This document shows positions 9,745 to 21,427 of a stretch of 64,000 nt of DNA, piece after piece. The translations under genes and the position numbers were made by a program. How positions within the stretch are numbered: the stretch's first letter is position 1; each line of letters begins with the position of its first letter. Source of the stretch: Methanofastidiosum sp. (GTDB lineage: Archaea; Methanobacteriota_B; Thermococci; Methanofastidiosales; Methanofastidiosaceae); contig DAOSDU010000007.1 of the NCBI GenBank assembly GCA_035362715.1, positions 16,974-80,973 of the forward strand, in the 5' to 3' direction. The notes under the pieces were generated by a model, which was given only the letters and a program-made list of their open reading frames with translations, did no database searches and was not told the origin of the DNA.

Positions 9745-12582
9745 ATGGGTACCGACTTCATTACTGTAAAAGGCGCTTCAGAACACAATCTTAAAAACAT
9801 AGATGTTCAATTTCCTAGAGATAAGCTTATCGTTGTAACAGGGGTTTCAGGTTCTGGTAAATCTTCTCTTGCGTTTGATACAATTTATGCAGAAGGTCAG
9901 AGGCGTTATGTTGAATCACTTTCCGCATATGCAAGGCAATTCTTAGGGCTAATGGAAAAACCTGACGTCGAATACATCGAAGGACTATCCCCCGCAATTT
10001 CAATTGAACAAAAAACAACTTCTAAAAATCCAAGATCCACAGTCGGTACAGTCACGGAAATTTACGATTATTTAAGACTTCTTTACGCAAGGATAGGGAT
10101 CCCTTATTGTTCACGTTGCGGCAAGCAGATAAAACAACAAACAGTAACAGAGATTACTGATCAGGTTCTATCTTTTCCCGAAGGTTCAAAAGTAACTGTC
10201 TTGGCTCCCGTGGTACGTGGCAGAAAAGGAGAATATTCAACTTTACTTAAGGAAATAAATGAAGAAGGTTTTGCAAGGGCAGAAATAGATGGGGAAATCA
10301 AAGAATTAAATGTAGAAATAAGGCTTGAGAGGTACAAAAAACACGATATCAATATAATAATAGATAGACTTGTTCTGAAAGACGGAATATCTCCAAGGCT
10401 TTATGAAGATATTGAACTTGCATTGAAAAAGGGCGAAGGAATATTATTCGTGGACATTAATGATGAAAGAAAAACATTTTCTGAACACTTTGCATGTACT
10501 GATTGCGGTATTAGTTTAGAAGAAATAACTCCTAGGATGTTTTCATTTAATAGCCCATATGGGGCATGCCCTTCATGTCATGGACTTGGATTTAAGCAAG
10601 AGTTTGACCCCGATCTTATTATCCCAAACAAAGATTTATCTCTTGTGGAGGGTGCGGTTGATGTATGGAATACTAAACTAGAAGGATTTAGGAGACAGAC
10701 TCTGGAGGCCATTTCTAAAAAGTTCAATTTCAGACTCGACGTGCCTGTTAAAAATTTGTCACAAAAGCATCTTGATATTTTATTATACGGAACAACTGAC
10801 AAAGTAAGGTATAATTATCGTTCTCGAAATACGCCATCCTATTGGACATATGAAGGAACATACGAAGGTATAATCCCTTGGCTTGAGAGAGTATACCGAG
10901 AAACTGATTCTGAATATAGGAAGGAACAATTTGAGAAATACATCCGATTAAAACCATGTGAAGTATGTAAGGGTAAACGATTGAAATCTGAAGCCTTATA
11001 TGTTAAGATCCAAGGAAGTTCGATAATTGATGTAACTGAACTTCAAATTAGCAGTTGTTATAAATTTTTTATTGATCTTGAGCAAAACTTAAATGAAAAA
11101 GAGAAAATTATTTCAAAACAGATATTAAAGGAAATAAAGGCTAGATTAGGATTTCTTTTAAGCGTGGGACTTGATTACCTTACTTTAGATAGAAGAGCTG
11201 GAACTCTTTCAGGAGGAGAATCTCAAAGAATTAGACTTGCAACCCAGATAGGATCCCAGCTTGTAGGCGTTCTTTATATATTAGATGAGCCAAGTATAGG
11301 CCTTCATCAAAGAGACAATGCAAAATTGATTGTCATGTTGAAAAGATTAAGGGATATTGGAAACACAGTAATTGTCATTGAACATGATGAAGAGATGATG
11401 CTCTCTTCAGATTATCTTGTAGATATAGGGCCAGGAGCGGGCGTCCATGGAGGGGAAGTTGTTGCAGTTGGGTCTCCAGAAGAAGTTAAGCAAAATCCAG
11501 AGTCACTTACCGGGAAATATTTATCGCGAAAACTTAAAATTGACGTTCCTAAAATTAGAAAACAAAGTGATACGTTTATCACAATTAAAGGGGCAAGACA
11601 ATTTAATCTAAAGAACATCGATGTAAAAATTCCTCTTGGTTTGTTTGTATGTGTCACTGGAGTTTCAGGCAGTGGAAAAAGTACTTTGATTAATGAAATA
11701 TTGTACAAGGACCTGGCAAAGAAATTTTATAGGGCCGTAGATAATCCAGGGGATCATGATGAAATTTTGGGAATTGAAAATATTGATAAAGTGATTATTA
11801 TAGATCAAAGTCCGATAGGGAGAAGCCCTAGGTCAAATCCTGCAACATATACTGGTTTATTTACCCCCATAAGGGAGCTTTTCTCTGAACTTCCCGAATC
11901 AAAGAGGAGGGGATTTAAGAAAGGCAGATTCTCTTTTAACGTGAAAGGAGGAAGATGTGAAAATTGTAGAGGGGACGGACTAATTAAGATTGAAATGCAT
12001 TTTCTGCCTGACGTTTATGTTAAATGTGAAGAGTGCAAAGGTGAGAGGTACAACAGAGAAACTTTAACCGTCAAATATAAGGGAAAATCAATTTCTGAAG
12101 TTTTGGACATGACAGTCGAAGAAGCCTTGCACTTTTTTGAAAATATACCAACCATACGAAATAAACTCCAGACCCTTTATGATGTGGGCCTATCCTACAT
12201 TAAAGTTGGACAGCCTGCAACTACTCTTTCTGGAGGAGAAGCACAAAGAGTCAAATTGTCAAAAGAATTGTCCAAGAAAGCTACAGGAAAAACTCTTTAC
12301 ATATTGGACGAACCCACAACTGGACTCCATTTCCACGATGTTAAAAAACTACTTGATGTTCTTCTGCGTCTGAGAGAAAATGGCAATACAGTTCTCGTTA
12401 TTGAGCACAACATGGATGTAATCAAAACTGCCGATTATATAATTGACCTTGGTCCCGAAGGGGGTCAAAGAGGCGGAGAAATTTTAGTCGAAGGTACGCC
12501 CGAAGAAGTAATAAAATCTCCAAAGAGTCATACTGGAAGATTCCTAGAAGAAGTTCTAAAAAGAGACGGAGCCTTGGATTAA
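9745..12582 (+). CDS. uvrA: excinuclease ABC subunit A
   Basis: Two ABC modules (GVSGSGKS twice, LSGGE twice), Zn fingers, HNLKNIDV. Confidence 0.97.
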   Translation: MGTDFITVKGASEHNLKNIDVQFPRDKLIVVTGVSGSGKSSLAFDTIYAEGQRRYVESLSAYARQFLGLMEKPDVEYIEGLSPAISIEQKTTSKNPRSTVGTVTEIYDYLRLLYARIGIPYCSRCGKQIKQQTVTEITDQVLSFPEGSKVTVLAPVVRGRKGEYSTLLKEINEEGFARAEIDGEIKELNVEIRLERYKKHDINIIIDRLVLKDGISPRLYEDIELALKKGEGILFVDINDERKTFSEHFACTDCGISLEEITPRMFSFNSPYGACPSCHGLGFKQEFDPDLIIPNKDLSLVEGAVDVWNTKLEGFRRQTLEAISKKFNFRLDVPVKNLSQKHLDILLYGTTDKVRYNYRSRNTPSYWTYEGTYEGIIPWLERVYRETDSEYRKEQFEKYIRLKPCEVCKGKRLKSEALYVKIQGSSIIDVTELQISSCYKFFIDLEQNLNEKEKIISKQILKEIKARLGFLLSVGLDYLTLDRRAGTLSGGESQRIRLATQIGSQLVGVLYILDEPSIGLHQRDNAKLIVMLKRLRDIGNTVIVIEHDEEMMLSSDYLVDIGPGAGVHGGEVVAVGSPEEVKQNPESLTGKYLSRKLKIDVPKIRKQSDTFITIKGARQFNLKNIDVKIPLGLFVCVTGVSGSGKSTLINEILYKDLAKKFYRAVDNPGDHDEILGIENIDKVIIIDQSPIGRSPRSNPATYTGLFTPIRELFSELPESKRRGFKKGRFSFNVKGGRCENCRGDGLIKIEMHFLPDVYVKCEECKGERYNRETLTVKYKGKSISEVLDMTVEEALHFFENIPTIRNKLQTLYDVGLSYIKVGQPATTLSGGEAQRVKLSKELSKKATGKTLYILDEPTTGLHFHDVKKLLDVLLRLRENGNTVLVIEHNMDVIKTADYIIDLGPEGGQRGGEILVEGTPEEVIKSPKSHTGRFLEEVLKRDGALD

Positions 12583-12744
12583 TTTCTTGGCTCAATTTAT
12601 TTATCTTTTCTAACACTCTTGATTAATCATTGATTATTAATTTTATGTAATTATTGTTTATCAATATTGTTATTTATTTTTATCAATATCGAAAGCTTTA
12701 TATAGTATTGGTGTTAGTATTGATATGCACTAGAGGTGATAGAT

Positions 12745-13152
12745 ATGAAAAAAATAACTGCTATATTGGTGATGGGACTTTTAATGGCCTCAATCGCCCC
12801 TATACTAGGAGAAACGTGTTCAACGGACGAACAGAATAGTAATACTGTATGTCCAAGTAACACGACATCAGCAGTATCAAAAATTGTTGCTAAGAATTTC
12901 CTTAACAACTTAAGAAAAGGTTCGATGGATTTAAACGGTAATAAGCTAGTACATTCAATATTAACCCCAATGGGAGATCTAAGATTGACCTCTCCTCAAT
13001 TACAGCAGCACTTTGGAACTTATGACTTTGCTAATGAAAGAGGCACATCAGGATGGTATTCATACGACGTTCAGCCACTAACAAGAACACAAAAAAAGTA
13101 CGAACCATCAGTACCAAGAATCTACACCACAAATACATCAGATGACGAATAA
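12745..13152 (+). CDS. hypothetical secreted protein
   Basis: GAGGTGA SD, signal peptide MKKITAILVMGLLMASIAPILG, BRE/TATA cgaaagctttatata upstream. Confidence 0.7.
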   Translation: MKKITAILVMGLLMASIAPILGETCSTDEQNSNTVCPSNTTSAVSKIVAKNFLNNLRKGSMDLNGNKLVHSILTPMGDLRLTSPQLQQHFGTYDFANERGTSGWYSYDVQPLTRTQKKYEPSVPRIYTTNTSDDE

Positions 13153-13176
13153 AGGAGATCATACTCCTTTATTTTT
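13148..13176. terminator. hairpin terminator between convergent genes
   Basis: 10-bp stem aataaaggag/ctcctttatt with a 6-nt loop followed by a T run. Confidence 0.55.
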
Positions 13177-13188
13177 GAATTTATTTAC

Positions 13189-13695
13189 TTACCATTTATT
13201 ATAATGGATTCTATTCTCTTCAAATCTTTTTAATTGTGGCTTTCCTTCGTCAGGATAACCAATTGAAATTAGTGATACGGGAAATATGTTCTCGGGCAAA
13301 TTAAGTATTTCTTTCATGCCTTTTACCCTCTCTTCGTCAGGATAAACTCCAAGCCAGCATGCCCCAAGTCCCAGTGAATGGGCGGCTAAAAGGATATTTT
13401 CAGTTGCCGCAGAACAATCAATCGTAATAAAAATATCTTTTGTAATATTTAAGTCACCAGTAACTAGGATGGCCATTGGTGCTTCATAGAGCATCTTTGA
13501 GTTTGGATGGAAAGAAGGGATTTTATCCAATATTTTTCTATTGTCTATTAATACAAAATGCCAAGGCCTCTCATTTTTTCTTGAAGGTGCATTCATAGCA
13601 GCTTCTAGGATTTTTATTACATGGCTTTCAGGCACCTTATCTTTTTTGTATTTTCTAATGCTCCTTCTTGACATAATAACATCTAAAAAATCCAT
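13189..13695 (-). CDS. nitroreductase family protein
   Basis: RRSIRKY, APSRKNERPW, LGLGACW. Confidence 0.9.
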   Translation of the reverse strand: MDFLDVIMSRRSIRKYKKDKVPESHVIKILEAAMNAPSRKNERPWHFVLIDNRKILDKIPSFHPNSKMLYEAPMAILVTGDLNITKDIFITIDCSAATENILLAAHSLGLGACWLGVYPDEERVKGMKEILNLPENIFPVSLISIGYPDEGKPQLKRFEENRIHYNKW

Positions 13696-13916
13696 AATAT
13701 CGCCAGAATATATACTAACAACTTATATAAAAATATAGTGTTGTAATATGATTTTTGACCGTCTAAGCCAACATACTAGTCTTATTTCATCTTTTCTTAT
13801 AAAAATTGAAATAAAACTTTTAATAAATTAGATTATTTAACAAAAATCTTTTTTTTAAATAGAAAACCTTTTTAGAACTAAAAATAATAGTATATAAGAA
13901 ACATTAAAGTGATTTT

Positions 13917-16307
13917 ATGACAAAAGAATTATCTTCAGATATGATAAGAAGAACATTTGATAAGAATAAATTAAAATGTAAAAGTAGTCAAGAAGTATCT
14001 CCTTTAGAGGATATAGTGGGTCAGGAAAGAGCATTAAAAGCGCTGAAATTCGGACTAGAGATAAAAGAGAAAGGATTTAATATTTTTGTTGCAGGTTTTC
14101 CAGGGACTGGAAAAATGACGGCAGTAAAGAGTTTTTTGGATAAACTTGCTGAAGACCAAACCGTACCTTCTGACTGGTGTTATGTTAATAATTTCTTGGA
14201 ACCATACGAACCTAAAGTCATTGAATTAAAAGCAGGCCAAGGAAGGGTCTTTCACAAAGATATGTCCAATTTCCTAAATGAAGCTAAGATTAATCTTCCA
14301 AAAGCCTTTGAAAGTGAAGATTTTGCTTTAAAGAGAGAGGCCACTATCCAGAAAATTGATGCTGAACGAAACAAAATCTTTTCCGAACTGAATAGAAAAG
14401 CAGAGAAAGAAGAATTAATTGTTCAAAGCACCCCAATGGGATTCATTTTTGTTCCTATTGTCAGTGGCAGGCCAATGACCGAGGAGGAATTTATAGCTCT
14501 AAATCCTGAAACAAAGGACGATATACAAAAAAAGAGGGATAAATTAAACTCAGAATTAAGATTAGTGTTTAGACAGCTAAAAGAGTTGGACAGTAAAACA
14601 TTTGAAGAAATAAAAGAATTAAATAAAGAAGTAGCTCTTTTTACAATGGGTCATTTGGTAGACGATTTGAATAAAAAATATTCTGATTATCCAGATATTA
14701 TAAACTATTTAAAAGAAGTACAGGAAGATATATTAGAAAATTTAGCCTTATTCTATAAGCCAAATATTCCGCAAGCTCCGGTTCAAGCGCCATGGGCAGA
14801 GGAATTGCCATTTAGGAAATATGCGGTCAATCTATTCACAGATAACTCAACACTGATGGGAAGACCAGTAGTCGTGGAGCTTAATCCAACATACCAAAAT
14901 CTCTTTGGAAGAATAGAGAAAGAAGCACAGTTCGGGATGCTCACTACTGATTTTACCATGGTAAGGGGAGGGTCAATACATAAGGCAAATGGTGGATACC
15001 TTGTAATACCCGCTGAAGAATTGGTAAAGAATCTTTTTTCATATGATGGTTTAAAAAGGGCATTAAGCAGTGAGGAAGCCATAGTTGAGGAGGCTGGAGA
15101 GCGACTTGGGTTTATCACAACAAAAGGGTTAAGGCCTGCCCCTATACCATTAAACACTAAAGTCGTTATTATTGGCAATCCAATGATATATCAGACTCTT
15201 TTTTCACTTGATCCGGATTTTAAAGAGCTCTTCAAAGTCAAGGCAGAATTTGATATTAATATGGATTTTAACGATGGCAATGTTAAAAACTATGTTTCAT
15301 TCATATGCTCGCTTTGCTCAAAAGAAAACTTATTGCACCTTGATTCTTCAGCAATAGGGAAAGTTATCGAGTATGGTGCAAGATTGGCCGATGACCAAGA
15401 GAAATTATCTACAAGATTTGCAGATATAGCGGATATTATACGTGAAGCAAACTTCTACGCTAAACAAGACAAAAATAATTTAATAAAAGACCTTCACATA
15501 GTAAAAGCTGTCGAAGAAAAAAATTATCGTTCAAATCTTATTCAAGAAAGATTAAATGAAATGGTAACACGAGGATTTTATCTTATTGAAACTGAAGGAG
15601 AAGCAGTTGGTCAAATAAACGGTCTTGCGGTATTAAGTCTAGGGGATTATGCATTTGGAAGGCCATCTAGAGTTACCGCCACTGTAAATATTGGCCGCGG
15701 GGGAATTATAGATATTGAACGTGAAGCTAAGATGGGAGGAAATATTCATTCGAAAGGAGTAATGATATTAGGCGGTTATTTGGCAGAAAACTTTGCACAA
15801 GATAAACCATTAAATCTCACTGCAAGACTCGTATTCGAACAAAACTATGAAGGTGTTGATGGGGATAGCGCATCAAGCACAGAGCTTTATGCAATATTAT
15901 CTGCTCTATCTGAAGTTCCAATAAAACAATACTTTGCGGTCACAGGGTCCGTTAATCAGAAAGGAGAGGTGCAGGCAATCGGAGGCGTTAACTACAAGAT
16001 TGAAGGTTTCTATGAAATTTGCAAGGCCAAAGGACTTAATGGAAAACAAAGTGTTTTGATTCCAAGAAGCAATGTCCAAAATTTAATGCTTAAAGAAGAG
16101 GTCGTCGAAGCTGTAAAAGACGGAAAATTCCATATATACTCAGTTGATAATATCAAGGAAGGAATTGAAATACTAACAGGAATCAAAGCTGGAGAAAAAG
16201 GACCAGACGGTAAGTATCCAGAAAATACAATTTATGGAATGGTTGACAAACGCCTCAAAAGCATGGCTGAAAAAATGGAAAAGTCTGCAGATGAGAAAGA
16301 AAAATAA
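13917..16307 (+). CDS. Lon-like protease, LonC/AAA_32 type
   Basis: GQERA, GFPGTGK, HKANGGYL, DGDSAS catalytic Ser, GGVNYKIEG Lys; long coiled-coil insert and no TM segment. Confidence 0.9.
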   Translation: MTKELSSDMIRRTFDKNKLKCKSSQEVSPLEDIVGQERALKALKFGLEIKEKGFNIFVAGFPGTGKMTAVKSFLDKLAEDQTVPSDWCYVNNFLEPYEPKVIELKAGQGRVFHKDMSNFLNEAKINLPKAFESEDFALKREATIQKIDAERNKIFSELNRKAEKEELIVQSTPMGFIFVPIVSGRPMTEEEFIALNPETKDDIQKKRDKLNSELRLVFRQLKELDSKTFEEIKELNKEVALFTMGHLVDDLNKKYSDYPDIINYLKEVQEDILENLALFYKPNIPQAPVQAPWAEELPFRKYAVNLFTDNSTLMGRPVVVELNPTYQNLFGRIEKEAQFGMLTTDFTMVRGGSIHKANGGYLVIPAEELVKNLFSYDGLKRALSSEEAIVEEAGERLGFITTKGLRPAPIPLNTKVVIIGNPMIYQTLFSLDPDFKELFKVKAEFDINMDFNDGNVKNYVSFICSLCSKENLLHLDSSAIGKVIEYGARLADDQEKLSTRFADIADIIREANFYAKQDKNNLIKDLHIVKAVEEKNYRSNLIQERLNEMVTRGFYLIETEGEAVGQINGLAVLSLGDYAFGRPSRVTATVNIGRGGIIDIEREAKMGGNIHSKGVMILGGYLAENFAQDKPLNLTARLVFEQNYEGVDGDSASSTELYAILSALSEVPIKQYFAVTGSVNQKGEVQAIGGVNYKIEGFYEICKAKGLNGKQSVLIPRSNVQNLMLKEEVVEAVKDGKFHIYSVDNIKEGIEILTGIKAGEKGPDGKYPENTIYGMVDKRLKSMAEKMEKSADEKEK

Positions 16308-16334
16308 TCGTTATTTTAAACAGGAGGTTAAAAA

Positions 16335-16460
16335 ATGGTAAATGTAAAAGAAGTTGGGGAAATCTACAAATGTGAAATTTGTGGAAATGTTGTGGAAGTA
16401 TTGGAAGCCGGCGGCGGAGAACTAATCTGCTGTGGAGAACCAATGATTTTGCAAGAGTAG
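16335..16460 (+). CDS. desulforedoxin-like 41-aa iron protein (not in ORF track)
   Basis: [41 protein letters not shown]; CxxC...CC; strong SD caggagg. Confidence 0.92.
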   Translation: MVNVKEVGEIYKCEICGNVVEVLEAGGGELICCGEPMILQE

Positions 16461-16469
16461 GTGACATAG

Positions 16470-16865
16470 ATGGTTAAAATCGGAGAAAAGATTCAGGAAG
16501 CAGATTGGAAAAAAGAAAAGCATGTACCAGTTATAGACTGCCCCGATTCTGTAAAAGCAAATGAGGCATTTGAAGTTAAAGTTGCCATCGGTAAAGATAT
16601 AGCTCACCCAAATACAACTGAACACCATATCAGGTGGATAATGCTTTACTATCAGCCCGAAGGTGAAAAATCTTTATATCAAGTCGGAAACTATGAGTTC
16701 ACTGCGCATGGCGAGAGTACACAAGGGCCGAATACAGGTCCAGTCTACACAAATCATGAAGTAAAAACATCTATAAAAATTGCAAAATCTGGAACCCTAT
16801 TTGCAGTTTCACTATGTAACATCCACGGCCTATGGGAATTCTCAAAAGAAGTTAAGGTTAATTAA
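16470..16865 (+). CDS. sor: superoxide reductase (class II, neelaredoxin-like)
   Basis: EKHVP, HPNTTEHHI, CNIHGLW. Confidence 0.92.
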   Translation: MVKIGEKIQEADWKKEKHVPVIDCPDSVKANEAFEVKVAIGKDIAHPNTTEHHIRWIMLYYQPEGEKSLYQVGNYEFTAHGESTQGPNTGPVYTNHEVKTSIKIAKSGTLFAVSLCNIHGLWEFSKEVKVN

Positions 16866-16936
16866 TTTTATTTTTTACCTCAATCTTTTTATAATCGACC
16901 TTCGAATTACGCATGTTAAGTGACAAGCGTGAATAA

Positions 16937-18004
16937 ATGGATAATCCTAAAAAGAATTTGATTAATGAGGACGGAATAATAAATAATTCTATGAATCTAT
17001 ATTTAAAGAATCTAAGCGCCTCTAGGTTGTATTTGTTTTTTATATCATATATAATTATATCCGCTCTAATAATATCCCTATTAAAAATCCCTGTTCAATT
17101 CATGATTCTGACGGTAGTAATAATACTTTTTGTTTCACCATTTTATTCAAGAAAAATTTACTATTCTATGATATTAATTACAGATTTAATTTCTCTGCTA
17201 CTAGTTTATAATATTTCAAATACAACCTATTTATCCATAAAACAAACTTTTCTTTTAAACTCGGTTGGAACTTTAGTTGCTGTAACCTTAATGGCAATAT
17301 TTGTGGCTGAAATACTTCATTGGTCTATCCCTAACTTGTTAAAAACTGAAGAAGCATTAAAACTAAGTGAAGAGAACTATCACGATTTAATTGAAAATGC
17401 AAACAGCATCATATTGAATTTTGATAAGAACGGGAATATTTTATCATTGAATAACTTTGGATTAAGATTTTTTGGTTATTCTGAAAAAGAGATTAATGGG
17501 AAAAATATCCTAGGAACGGTTTTACCTGAATTTGATTCAAATGGGAATGATATGAGAAACTTGGCATCTCAGATTCTTAAGAATGAAGATAAATTCAGAT
17601 CTAATTTAAATGAAAATATAAAGAAAAATGGAGAGCGAGTTTGGATATACTGGACAGATAAAATTGTAAGAAATTCAAAAGGAGAAATTGAATCTATTTT
17701 ATCAATAGGTAGCGATATAACAGAGCTTAAAATTGCACTAGGACAAATAGAGAAAAATATTCATTATTTTGCAACTAGTGTAGACCAAATAAGGAATCCT
17801 CTGGCAATAATTAGTGGTATAGCAGAATTAAAGATTCAGGACACTAAAAAATCACAAGATATACTAAAGCAGATAGATCGGATAAATGAAATAATTCTAA
17901 GACTTGACGAAGGTTGGAATGAATCAGAAGAAGTAAAAAAATTCTTGAAAAGTCGAGAAATGTTAAGTTACCTTTATGGGGAAGACAAGGAAGAGTTGAT
18001 TTGA
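16937..18004 (+). CDS. membrane PAS-domain protein with His-less HisKA-like C-terminus
   Basis: N-terminal TMs, PAS (IENANSII...ENIKKNGERVWIYW...SIGSDITE), then VDQIRNPL; no ATPase domain. Confidence 0.8.
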   Translation: MDNPKKNLINEDGIINNSMNLYLKNLSASRLYLFFISYIIISALIISLLKIPVQFMILTVVIILFVSPFYSRKIYYSMILITDLISLLLVYNISNTTYLSIKQTFLLNSVGTLVAVTLMAIFVAEILHWSIPNLLKTEEALKLSEENYHDLIENANSIILNFDKNGNILSLNNFGLRFFGYSEKEINGKNILGTVLPEFDSNGNDMRNLASQILKNEDKFRSNLNENIKKNGERVWIYWTDKIVRNSKGEIESILSIGSDITELKIALGQIEKNIHYFATSVDQIRNPLAIISGIAELKIQDTKKSQDILKQIDRINEIILRLDEGWNESEEVKKFLKSREMLSYLYGEDKEELI

Positions 18005-18934
18005 TTATCTCATCGTTATTATTAAGAAATATAAATTTGTCAAAACGGCAAAAAGTATTAATGCATTTAAGTTGTTGAAAGCTATTTTTACAGATTTTAC
18101 TCTCGAATCTTTATTCAATGCTAACGTGCTTAATAGAAGAGGAATCAATGATAGAACAGATACAACAAAGAAATTTAAATTTAATTCAAACAAATTTGTC
18201 ATTTGAAACATTATATACATCATAGTTGCAAATAGGGCTGCCAAAAATATAATTTTTAGGCTTAACTTCCTTCCATTTTTTGTCACAAAACTTTTCTTTC
18301 CACTTAAAGCGTCTGTTTCCATATCGGGTATCTCTACACTCAAAATAAAATAAATTCCATACATGAGAAGTGGAATAGTGAATAGCAAGTAATTAGTATC
18401 GATCAGGCCTTTCATCACGTAATAGCCCATCCCGGGAACTACAAAGCCTATTGCAATCATCGTGGATATCTCACCTAATCCCCTATAAGACAATCTGATG
18501 GGCGGGGCGGTGTAAAACCAACCAAGGAGATTCCCAAAAATAACATAACCCAAAAATATCAAATGATAGTTGTAGTTTACGGTGAAAATAAATCCAAGTA
18601 GAATTGAAATAAAAATTAATGATATTGCTATCAATTTGGAAGATTGCCTTAGAGATGGATCCATCTGCAATATGCCACTGCCACCACTCACAGTTGTTTT
18701 CTCGCCTAATTTATCTGCTTCAAAATCAAAGTAGTCGTTACTATATGATACAGATAAATGACCTAGAAAAAGAATCAAATATCCAAGCAAAAATTTATTT
18801 ATTTCTAGTTCGGCCCCAGTCAAAACTGCAAATAAAGCTCCAACTGAAAAAAGGAAGAATCCACCCATAACAAAGAAAAATCTGCCTAATTTTAGGATAT
18901 TGATTATTTTTTCTTGAAGAGAAAAAGAACCCAT
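18005..18934 (-). CDS. UbiA-family (MenA-like) prenyltransferase
   Basis: SNDYFDFEAD, GGSG, YTAPPIRLSYRGLGE, PDMETDALSGKK. Confidence 0.85.
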   Translation of the reverse strand: MGSFSLQEKIINILKLGRFFFVMGGFFLFSVGALFAVLTGAELEINKFLLGYLILFLGHLSVSYSNDYFDFEADKLGEKTTVSGGSGILQMDPSLRQSSKLIAISLIFISILLGFIFTVNYNYHLIFLGYVIFGNLLGWFYTAPPIRLSYRGLGEISTMIAIGFVVPGMGYYVMKGLIDTNYLLFTIPLLMYGIYFILSVEIPDMETDALSGKKSFVTKNGRKLSLKIIFLAALFATMMYIMFQMTNLFELNLNFFVVSVLSLIPLLLSTLALNKDSRVKSVKIAFNNLNALILFAVLTNLYFLIITMR

Positions 18935-18986
18935 GTATGTATTATATATTCATTATATTTAATTATTGCGGAAAAAATAAATAATT

Positions 18987-19703
18987 TTAGATTATTTCGG
19001 CCGCTTCTAAATATTTAGTATCTTCCAGTAGTTCAATCCCCCCAACTTTTAACACTTCTTTCTTGGGAGAAAGCAAAACTACCTTATTTGAAATTTTCCT
19101 TACAAAATCAATTTCATGTGTTGATACTATCATGGTGCCTTTGTATTGATCTAAAAACTCCAATATTCTTTTTCGGGTCTTTCCGTCAATATTTGATGTA
19201 GGTTCATCTAATATCAGTAATTTTGGTTTTAATTGGAGGACGCATGCAAGTGCTACTCTCTTTTTTTCTCCGCCACTGAGTCTAAACGGGGGCTTTTCGT
19301 ATAATTTTTTTATTCCAAAGTAACTAGCATTCTCAGAAATTAGCGTTTTGGCTTTTTTATTTGAGATTCCCAATTGCATTGGGGTATATAGCAACTCATC
19401 TTCCACAGTTGGATTAAATAAAAAATCATCTGGGTTTTGAAAAAGAAATCCTATGTTTTTTCTAAAATAAAGATAATTGTCTCTAGTGATATCTTTTTCA
19501 AAAATCTTGATATCTCCTGATGTAGGCTTAATAAGACCTGCAAATAACTTTAGTAAAGTAGATTTTCCACATCCATTTGAACCCAACAAGACAACTCTTT
19601 CAGATTCTTCAATAGTTAGGCTAAAATTTTTGATCCCCACAGTTTTATCGGGATAAGCGTATTCAATATTTTTTGCTTCAATAATATTCAAATTATCATC
19701 CAC
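18987..19703 (-). CDS. cbiO: ECF Ni/Co transporter ATPase (NikO/CbiO)
   Basis: GSNGCGKST, FQNPDD, LSGGEKKR, LDEPT. Confidence 0.9.
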   Translation of the reverse strand: MDDNLNIIEAKNIEYAYPDKTVGIKNFSLTIEESERVVLLGSNGCGKSTLLKLFAGLIKPTSGDIKIFEKDITRDNYLYFRKNIGFLFQNPDDFLFNPTVEDELLYTPMQLGISNKKAKTLISENASYFGIKKLYEKPPFRLSGGEKKRVALACVLQLKPKLLILDEPTSNIDGKTRKRILEFLDQYKGTMIVSTHEIDFVRKISNKVVLLSPKKEVLKVGGIELLEDTKYLEAAEII

Positions 19704-20434
19704 CCTAATGTTACCAATACAATGAAAGCCGTGAAAATTATATTGGGTATAAGTCTAAATTTAACAAATTTAACTGGATATGGCATATTGCTGTATCCTC
19801 TTGATATTCTTGCAAGATGTATATTCTCCCCTCGCTCATATACTTTAATAAAAAACATGCCTAATAGTTCTCCCCCTTCATTCCAGATTTTTCTGTAGCT
19901 TTTGTTATTGAACCTTCTACTCTCTCTTGCAATTAAAATTCTGTATAGTTCATTAAATACTAGATATGTATAACTATATGTAAAAGATAAAGTGAGAACT
20001 AATATCTCCGGTATTTTATAATATCTTAGTGATGTGAGTATTTCTTTAAAGGGAGTTATCAAAGTAAATATTATTAAAAATGATACCGCAAGACATACCC
20101 GGAAGGTAAAGAGAATTGCATACTCGAAGGAAGATATGAAAACTTGTGGCAACATAATTGTAAAAATAAATAATGGCATTAAACCTACCCTCCTAAAATA
20201 AGGCCCAAGAGGGATCTGGGATACTACAATTAATAAAAGTAAATTAAAAAAAATAAAAAATAGCTTATTTGGTGAAAATGTAGAGATACTCAGTAGAACT
20301 AGAATTAAAAATCCTATCAATCCTACCCTTGTGTCCACTAATCTTATCGGGCTTTTTACGTTTTCTTGAATAAAGAAAACTTCAAAGTATTGTGAAGCAC
20401 TTTTAAGAAGTGCTTCTACTGGCTCGTATTTCAA
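19688..20434 (-). CDS. cbiQ: ECF transmembrane T component (NikQ/CbiQ)
   Basis: TM helices, ARESR and ARISRGY motifs, operon context. Confidence 0.85.
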   Translation of the reverse strand: MKYEPVEALLKSASQYFEVFFIQENVKSPIRLVDTRVGLIGFLILVLLSISTFSPNKLFFIFFNLLLLIVVSQIPLGPYFRRVGLMPLFIFTIMLPQVFISSFEYAILFTFRVCLAVSFLIIFTLITPFKEILTSLRYYKIPEILVLTLSFTYSYTYLVFNELYRILIARESRRFNNKSYRKIWNEGGELLGMFFIKVYERGENIHLARISRGYSNMPYPVKFVKFRLIPNIIFTAFIVLVTLGWMII

Positions 20435-20733
20435 TTCCTTCGACCTTTAATTGCCATGGTAACTCCTAGCATGATTATAAGAGTTACTATAGATCCTACT
20501 AGGCCAGCTAAAAAGGTACCAAAGGGTGAATCTATCCCAGGCACCGAATAGTCTGGCAGGATACCGCCATAAATTGGACTTTCTTCTGCCCCAAGATGTT
20601 CTGCGGACTTTTCCAAGGGCTCAGAATATCCTACAGCATCAGCTGCTAAAGCAAATAGAGGAGATAGTATTATGGCAACTAAGATTACTAGTAATGCTTG
20701 TTTATGTTCTATAACAAAATTTTTGAAGTTCAT
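20431..20733 (-). CDS. PDGLE-domain NikN-like component
   Basis: Two TMs flanking EPLEK...PDYSVPG. Confidence 0.8.
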   Translation of the reverse strand: MNFKNFVIEHKQALLVILVAIILSPLFALAADAVGYSEPLEKSAEHLGAEESPIYGGILPDYSVPGIDSPFGTFLAGLVGSIVTLIIMLGVTMAIKGRRN

Positions 20734-21389
20734 CTTTTTTCACCCCTAGCCTTATTCTGGGCCTCATCTGAAATATATAAGATATCGCTACGATTTTTCT
20801 CAATATATGAGATAACAGCAACTGTAATCAAACCCTCTATTATTCCCAAGGCACCGTGCCATATTCCCATTATGGGTACTGTAGTATTTATTGAGTACTG
20901 GAAAGTAGAAGATAGACCAGTAGCTATTCCAGTATTGATTGCCCCTAATGTTATTCCAATCCAACCTGCAACAAATGCGGCTATTTTGGTATTTTTCTTG
21001 CTTAGAAATTTGTATATATAGTAAGCTACGAATACATCAACGATTGCCATACTAAAAAGGTTAGTTCCCAGAGTAGTAATACCTCCGTCTCCAAATACTA
21101 ATGCTTGGATTACTACAACAGATGTCATAGCTATACACCCTAAAAACGGGCCTAAAATTATTGCTGCAACAGCACCACCGACAAAATGTGCAGAAGTTCC
21201 ACCAGGAATTGGCCAGTTTAGCATTTGTGCGGCAAATATACCTGCGGCAACTAAACCCGCAATAGGTACTCTTTTTTCATTTATGCCATCTTTTTTTATT
21301 TTATAAATACATATTCCAACGACTATAGCAGTAAGTACATAGTATACCAGTGCTATGTTCATGTCTAAAAATCCATCTGGTATGTGCAT
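20730..21389 (-). CDS. cbiM: ECF Ni/Co substrate-binding component (NikM/CbiM)
   Basis: MHIPDGFL metal-binding N-terminus, GTSAH, GDGGIT. Confidence 0.92.
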   Translation of the reverse strand: MHIPDGFLDMNIALVYYVLTAIVVGICIYKIKKDGINEKRVPIAGLVAAGIFAAQMLNWPIPGGTSAHFVGGAVAAIILGPFLGCIAMTSVVVIQALVFGDGGITTLGTNLFSMAIVDVFVAYYIYKFLSKKNTKIAAFVAGWIGITLGAINTGIATGLSSTFQYSINTTVPIMGIWHGALGIIEGLITVAVISYIEKNRSDILYISDEAQNKARGEKR

Positions 21390-21400
21390 TTTATTCCCTC

Positions 21401-21427
21401 GTGTTACTAATTTAGAATTAGTAACAC
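21401..21427. promoter_or_regulatory. candidate NikR-type operator
   Basis: Perfect 12-bp inverted repeat GTGTTACTAATT-tag-AATTAGTAACAC between the TATA box and the nikM start. Confidence 0.7.

Noticed and set aside
9745..12582. uvrA without uvrB/uvrC
   Set aside because: Dispersed uvr genes are common, and the window cannot show absence from the genome
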